Shown here piece by piece: positions 31,118 through 36,740 of a stretch of DNA of 36,740 nucleotides (position 1 is the stretch's first letter; each line of letters starts with the position of its first letter). A program made the translations under genes and the position numbers. The notes under the pieces are model-generated. The model ran no database searches and was not told the DNA's origin. It saw only the letters and a list, made by a program, of their open reading frames with translations. Origin of the DNA: Macrostomum lignano (lineage: Eukaryota); assembly GCA_002269645.1 (NCBI GenBank), contig NIVC01003633.1, positions 1-36,740 of the forward strand. The letters run 5' to 3'.

Positions 31118-34100
31118 CATAATCAATATCTATCTCAATAGTCTATATATACCTCAACAGTCTATATCTACCTCAACAGTCTATATCTACCTCAATAGTC
31201 TATATCTACTTCAATAATCCATATCTAATTCAATAATCAATATCTACCTCAATAATCAATATCTACCTCAATAATCCATATCTACCTCAATAATCCATAT
31301 CTACCTCAATAATCCATATCCACCTCAATAATCCATATCTACCTTAATAATCCATATCTACCTCAATAATCCATATCTACCTCAATAATCCATATCTACC
31401 TCAATAATCCATATCTACCTTAATAATCCATATCTACCTTAATAATCCATATCTACCTCAATAATCCATATCTACCTCAATAATCCATATCTACCTCAAT
31501 AATCCATATCTACCTCAATAATCCATATCTACCTCAATAATCCATATCTACCTCAATAATCCATATCTACCTCAATAATCCATATCTACCTCAATAATCC
31601 ATATCTACCTCAATAATCCATATCTACCTCAATAATCCATATCTACCTCAATAATCCATATCTACCTCAATAATCAATATCTACCTCAATAATCCATATC
31701 TACCTCAATAATCTATATCTACCTCAATAATCCATATCTACCTCAATAATCCATATCTACCTCAATAATCCATATCTACCTCAATAATCCATATCTACCT
31801 CAATAATCCATATCTACCTCAATAATCCATATCTACCTCAATAATCCATATCTACCTCAATAATCCATATCTACCTCAATAATCCATATCTACCTCAATA
31901 ATCCATATCTACCTCAATAATCCATATCTACCTCAATAATCCATATCTACCTCAATAATCTATATCTACCTCAATAATCCATATCTACCTCAATAATCCA
32001 TATCTACCTCAATAATCCATATCTACCTCAATAATCCATATCTACCTCAATAATCCATATCTACCTCAATAATCCATATCTACCTCAATAATCCATATCT
32101 ACCTCAATAATCCATATCTACCTCAATAATCCATATCTACCTCAATAATCCATATCTACCTCAATAATCCATATCTACCTCAATAATCTATATCTACCTC
32201 AATAATCCATATCTACCTCAATAATCCATATCTACCTCAATAATCCATATCTACCTCAATAATCCATATCTACCTCAATAATCCATATCTACCTCAATAA
32301 TCCATATCTACCTCAATAATCCATATCTACCTCAATAATCTATATCTACCTCAATAATCCATATCTACCTCAATAATCCATATCTACCTCAATAATCCAT
32401 ATCTACCTCAATAATCCATATCTACCTCAATAATCCATATCCACCTCAATAATCAATATCTACCTCAATAATCTATATCTGTCTCCATTATCCATATCTA
32501 CCTCAATAACTGTTATCTACATGTACCTCTATTATCCATATCTACCTCAATAATCTATATCTACCTCAATAATCCATATCTACCTCAATAATCTATATCT
32601 ACCTCAATAATCCATATCTACCTCAATAATCCATATCTACCTCAATAATCCATATCTACCTCAATAATCCATATCTACCTCAATAATCCATATCTACCTC
32701 AATAATCCATATCTACCTCAATAATCCATATCTACCTCAATAATCCATATCTACCTCAATAATCTTTATCTACCTTAATAATCCATATCTACCTCAATAA
32801 TCCATATCTACCTCAATAATCCATATCTAACCTAATAATCTTTATCTACCTTAATAATCCATATCTACCTCAATAATCCATATCTACCTCAATAATCCAT
32901 ATCTACCTCAATAATCCATATCTACCTCAATAATCCATATCTACCTCAATAATCCATATCTACCTCAATAATCCATATCTACCTCAATAATCTTTATCTA
33001 CCTTAATAATCCATATCTACCTCAATAATCCATATCTACCTCAATAATCCATATCTACCTCAATAATCGATATCTACCTCAATAATCCATATCTACCTCA
33101 ATAATCCATATCTATCTCAATAATCGATATCTACCTCAATAATCCATATCTACCTCAATAATCGATATCTACCTCAATAATCCATATCTACCTCAATAAT
33201 CCATATCTACCTCAATAATCCATATCTACCTTAATAATCCATATCTACCTCAATAATCCATATCTACCTCAATAATCCATATCTACCTCAATAATCCATA
33301 TCTACCTCAATAATCCATATCTACCTCAATAATCCATATCTACCTCAATAATCCATATCTACCTCAATAATCTTTATCTACCTTAATAATCCATATCTAC
33401 CTCAATAATCCATATCTACCTCAATAATCCATATCTACCTCAATAATCGATATCTACCTCAATAATCCATATCTACCTCAATAATCCATATCTATCTCAA
33501 TAATCGATATCTACCTCAATAATCCATATCTACCTCAATAATCCATATCTACCTCAATAATCCATATCTACCTCAATAATCTATATCTACCTCAATAATC
33601 GATATCTACCTCAATAATCCATATCTACCTCAATAATCCATATCTACCTCAATAATCCATATCTACCTTAATAATCCATATCTACCTCAATAATCCATAT
33701 CTACCTCAATAATCCATATCTACCTCAATAATCCATATCTACCTCAATAATCCATATCTACCTCAATAATCCATATCTACCTCAATAATCCATATCTACC
33801 TCAATAATCCATATCTACCTCAATAATCCATATCTACCTCAATAATCCATATCTACCTCAATAATCTATATCTACCTCAATAATCCATATCTACCTCAAT
33901 AATCCATATCTACCTCAATAATCCATATCTACCTCAATAATCCATATCTACCTCAATAATCCATATCTACCTCAATAATCCATATCTACCTCAATAATCT
34001 ATATCTACCTCAATAATCCATATCTACCTCAATAATCCATATCTACCTCAATAATCCATATCTACCTCAATAATCCATATCTACCTCAATAATCCATATC

Positions 34101-35098
34101 TACCTCAATAATCTATATCTACCTCAATAATCCATATCTACCTCAATAATCCATATCTACCTCAATAATCCATATCTACCTCAATAATCCATATCTACCT
34201 CAATAATCCATATCTACCTCAATAATCCATATCTACCTCAATAATCCATATCTACCTCAATAATCCATATCTACCTCAATAATCCATATCTACCTCAATA
34301 ATCCATATCTACCTCAATAATCTATATCTACCTCAATAATCCATATCTACCTCAATAATCCATATCTACCTCAATAATCCATATCTACCTCAATAATCCA
34401 TATCTACCTCAATAATCCATATCTACCTCAATAATCCATATCTACCTCAATAATCCATATCTACCTCAATAATCCATATCTACCTCAATAATCCATATCT
34501 ACCTCAATAATCTATATCTACCTCAATAATCCATATCTACCTCAATAATCCATATCTACCTCAATAATCCATATCTACCTCAATAATCCATATCTACCTC
34601 AATAATCTATATCTACCTCAATAATCCATATCTACCTCAATAATCCATATCTACCTCAATAATCCATATCTACCTCAATAATCCATATCTACCTCAATAA
34701 TCCATATCTACCTCAATAATCTATATCTACCTCAATAATCCATATCTACCTCAATAATCCATATCTACCTCAATAATCCATATCTACCTCAATAATCCAT
34801 ATCTACCTCAATAATCCATATCTACCTCAATAATCCATATCTACCTCAATAATCCATATCTACCTCAATAATCCATATCTACCTCAATAATCCATATCTA
34901 ACTCAATAATCTTTATCTAACTCAATAATCCATATCTACCTCAATAATCCATATCTAACTCAATAATCTTTATCTAACTCAATAATCCATATCTACCTCA
35001 ATAATCCATATCTACCTCAATAATCCATATCTACCTCAATAACTGTTATCTACATGTACCTCTATTATCCATATCTACCTAAACAGTCTATATCTATA
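31118..35098. repeat. 19-bp satellite ATCTACCTCAATAATCCAT, about 205-210 units
   Basis: Read directly. The consensus has no G on the + strand; degenerate at both ends. Confidence 0.99.
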
Positions 35099-35859
35099 TC
35101 AATAGTTCATGTCTATTTTGTAAAATAAAGCAATTCACTGTGCAAAACTGCATACTGAAATCGAGTTTCCCATGCACTTCTGAGCATTCTTAAACTCGTG
35201 GACTAAATATAGGGATAGAACTGCAGTAACTCTATTTTCGCGCAAACGTTTGGCTCTTTTGGTTCACACATTAGATTTATAACTTTTTGCGTTGAGAAAT
35301 TGTATATATCCTAAGATATTAGATATCCTAGAGGTCAGTCTTACAATTTCTCAGTCGAAATACGATTTTTATCATAAGTGGTCTGCTACACCTTGCTCCT
35401 CTCTTCCCCCTCCTTTCTTTCCTTTTTTGAGCACCTATACTTCATTTCATAAGTTATTAACCTTTCATTTTTTCTGTGATCTTCACCGACCGTAGCCTCA
35501 CTGCAGTGGGTCACTCCTTTGATAATATTTATAATGTCATAATGATTAAGTTTATCCTGAAGCGCTCTCGCAAAGTATAAAATCTGAATTGCTATGCCTT
35601 GCGCCCTTACTGTAGTTGCATATATTCATATAAGATTTGTATCTTTCTTAACCAAGGCCAAGCCTACATCCGTCCCGGATCTTTTCTCTCTTTCCCTTTA
35701 TCCCCGTTGCCCATCATTTCTCTTACAGGTTCATTCGCAAAATTAGCTCTTATGCAAAGAAGCTTTCCTATGCATTCCATAAATTGGTATAGTGTGCATT
35801 TTGTTTACGTAAGACTCATTGCAAGTGTCAACAGGTGACAAATGAATAATTATCATAGA

Positions 35860-36453
35860 CTGATGCTTATCAGACCAAACTGATGCTTATCAGACCAAAC
35901 TGATGCTTATCAGATCAAACTGATGCTTATCAGACCAAACTGATGCTTATCAGACCAAACTGATGCTTATCAGATCAAACTGATGCTTATCAGATCAAAC
36001 TGATGCTTATCGGACCAAACTGATGCTTATCAGACCAAACTGATGCTTATCGGACCAAACTGATGCTTATCAGACCAAACTGATGCTTATCAGATCAAAC
36101 TGATGCTTATCAGACCAAACTGATGCTTATCAGATCAAACTGATGCTTATCAGATCAAACTGATGCTTATCGGACCAAACTGATGCTTATCAGACCAAAT
36201 TGATGCTTATCAGATCAAACTGATGCTTATCAGATCAAACTGATGCTTATCAGATCAAACTGATGCTTATCAGATCAAACTGATGCTTATCAGACCAAAC
36301 TGATGCTTATCAGACCAAACTGATGCTTATCAGATCAAAGTGATGCTTATCAGACCAAACTGATGCTTATCAGACCAAATTGATGCTTATCAGATCAAAC
36401 TGATGCTTATCAGACCAAACTGATGCTTATCAGATCAAACTGATGCTTATCAG
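35860..36453. repeat. 20-bp tandem array CTGATGCTTATCAGA(C/T)CAAA, 30 units, each with a hairpin-capable core
   Basis: Units start every 20 nt from 35860 to 36440. CTGAT/ATCAG inverted arms flank a GCTT loop. Confidence 0.98.
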
Positions 36454-36740
36454 CTTTCGTAGCAACATGTTTAAAACAAAAACGGTCACCTTGAATACCT
36501 GTGATATTTTTGTCAGACTATTTTATCTGACTGCCTCGATCGCACTAACAAGTTCGCGACACAATGTCCTTTCTATTCATTTTTTTATCCGAGACAGAGC
36601 TTATCGAGGGCCAAGCCTGCGTGTTCATTAAAAATAAAGGAAAATGATGTTGAAAGTAGTGGTCTCTGCCTGCCTGCTGTTTATCTAATGACCATTCCTC
36701 ACATCACACGTGTTGCAATGCAATGCTAAATTGGCCAATT

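Noticed and set aside
35860-36453. CRISPR array, or miR-21-like sequence (GCTTATCAGAC...CTGATG)
   Set aside because: Linkers are 6 nt and non-unique, the context is eukaryotic and there are no cas genes. The miR-21 likeness is interrupted, lacks a precursor hairpin, and miR-21 is a vertebrate family, so coincidence is likely.

Overview
Eukaryotic (invertebrate metazoan-like) genomic DNA, not prokaryotic: GC-rich exons with GT-AG introns lie in AT-rich sequence full of tandem repeats. Three spliced + strand genes are supported. (1) Adenylyl cyclase-associated protein (CAP/Srv2): 4 exons, 14133-18289, 679 aa, with an unusual tandem duplication of the N-terminal oligomerisation + helical-folded-domain (HFD) module. 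(2) DGCR6/gonadal homolog: 2 exons, 20993-23386, 209 aa. (3) WDR60/DYNC2I1 dynein-2 intermediate chain: 2 exons, 25669-28850, 919 aa. More than half the window is tandem repeat: a 21-bp satellite (1-9713), a 19-bp satellite (31118-35098), and 4-, 18-, 20-, ~25-, 26-, 28-, 30- and 40-bp arrays in introns and between genes. Almost all other ORFs in the track are by-products of these repeats. Mobile-element remnants: two copies of a tRNA-headed CORE-like SINE, two hAT-like termini, and a 179-bp insertion flanked by an 8-bp duplication in the WDR60 intron. The two most striking observations are the double-HFD CAP and a small regularly spaced array at 11297-11511. In that array an LTR-end-like motif (TGTWACA) repeatedly abuts different CCA-ending tRNA-Leu 3' ends, i.e. 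primer-binding-site (PBS)-like units separated by unrelated spacers. Gene and family calls come from recalled motifs; no database search was run, and the taxon is not determined.
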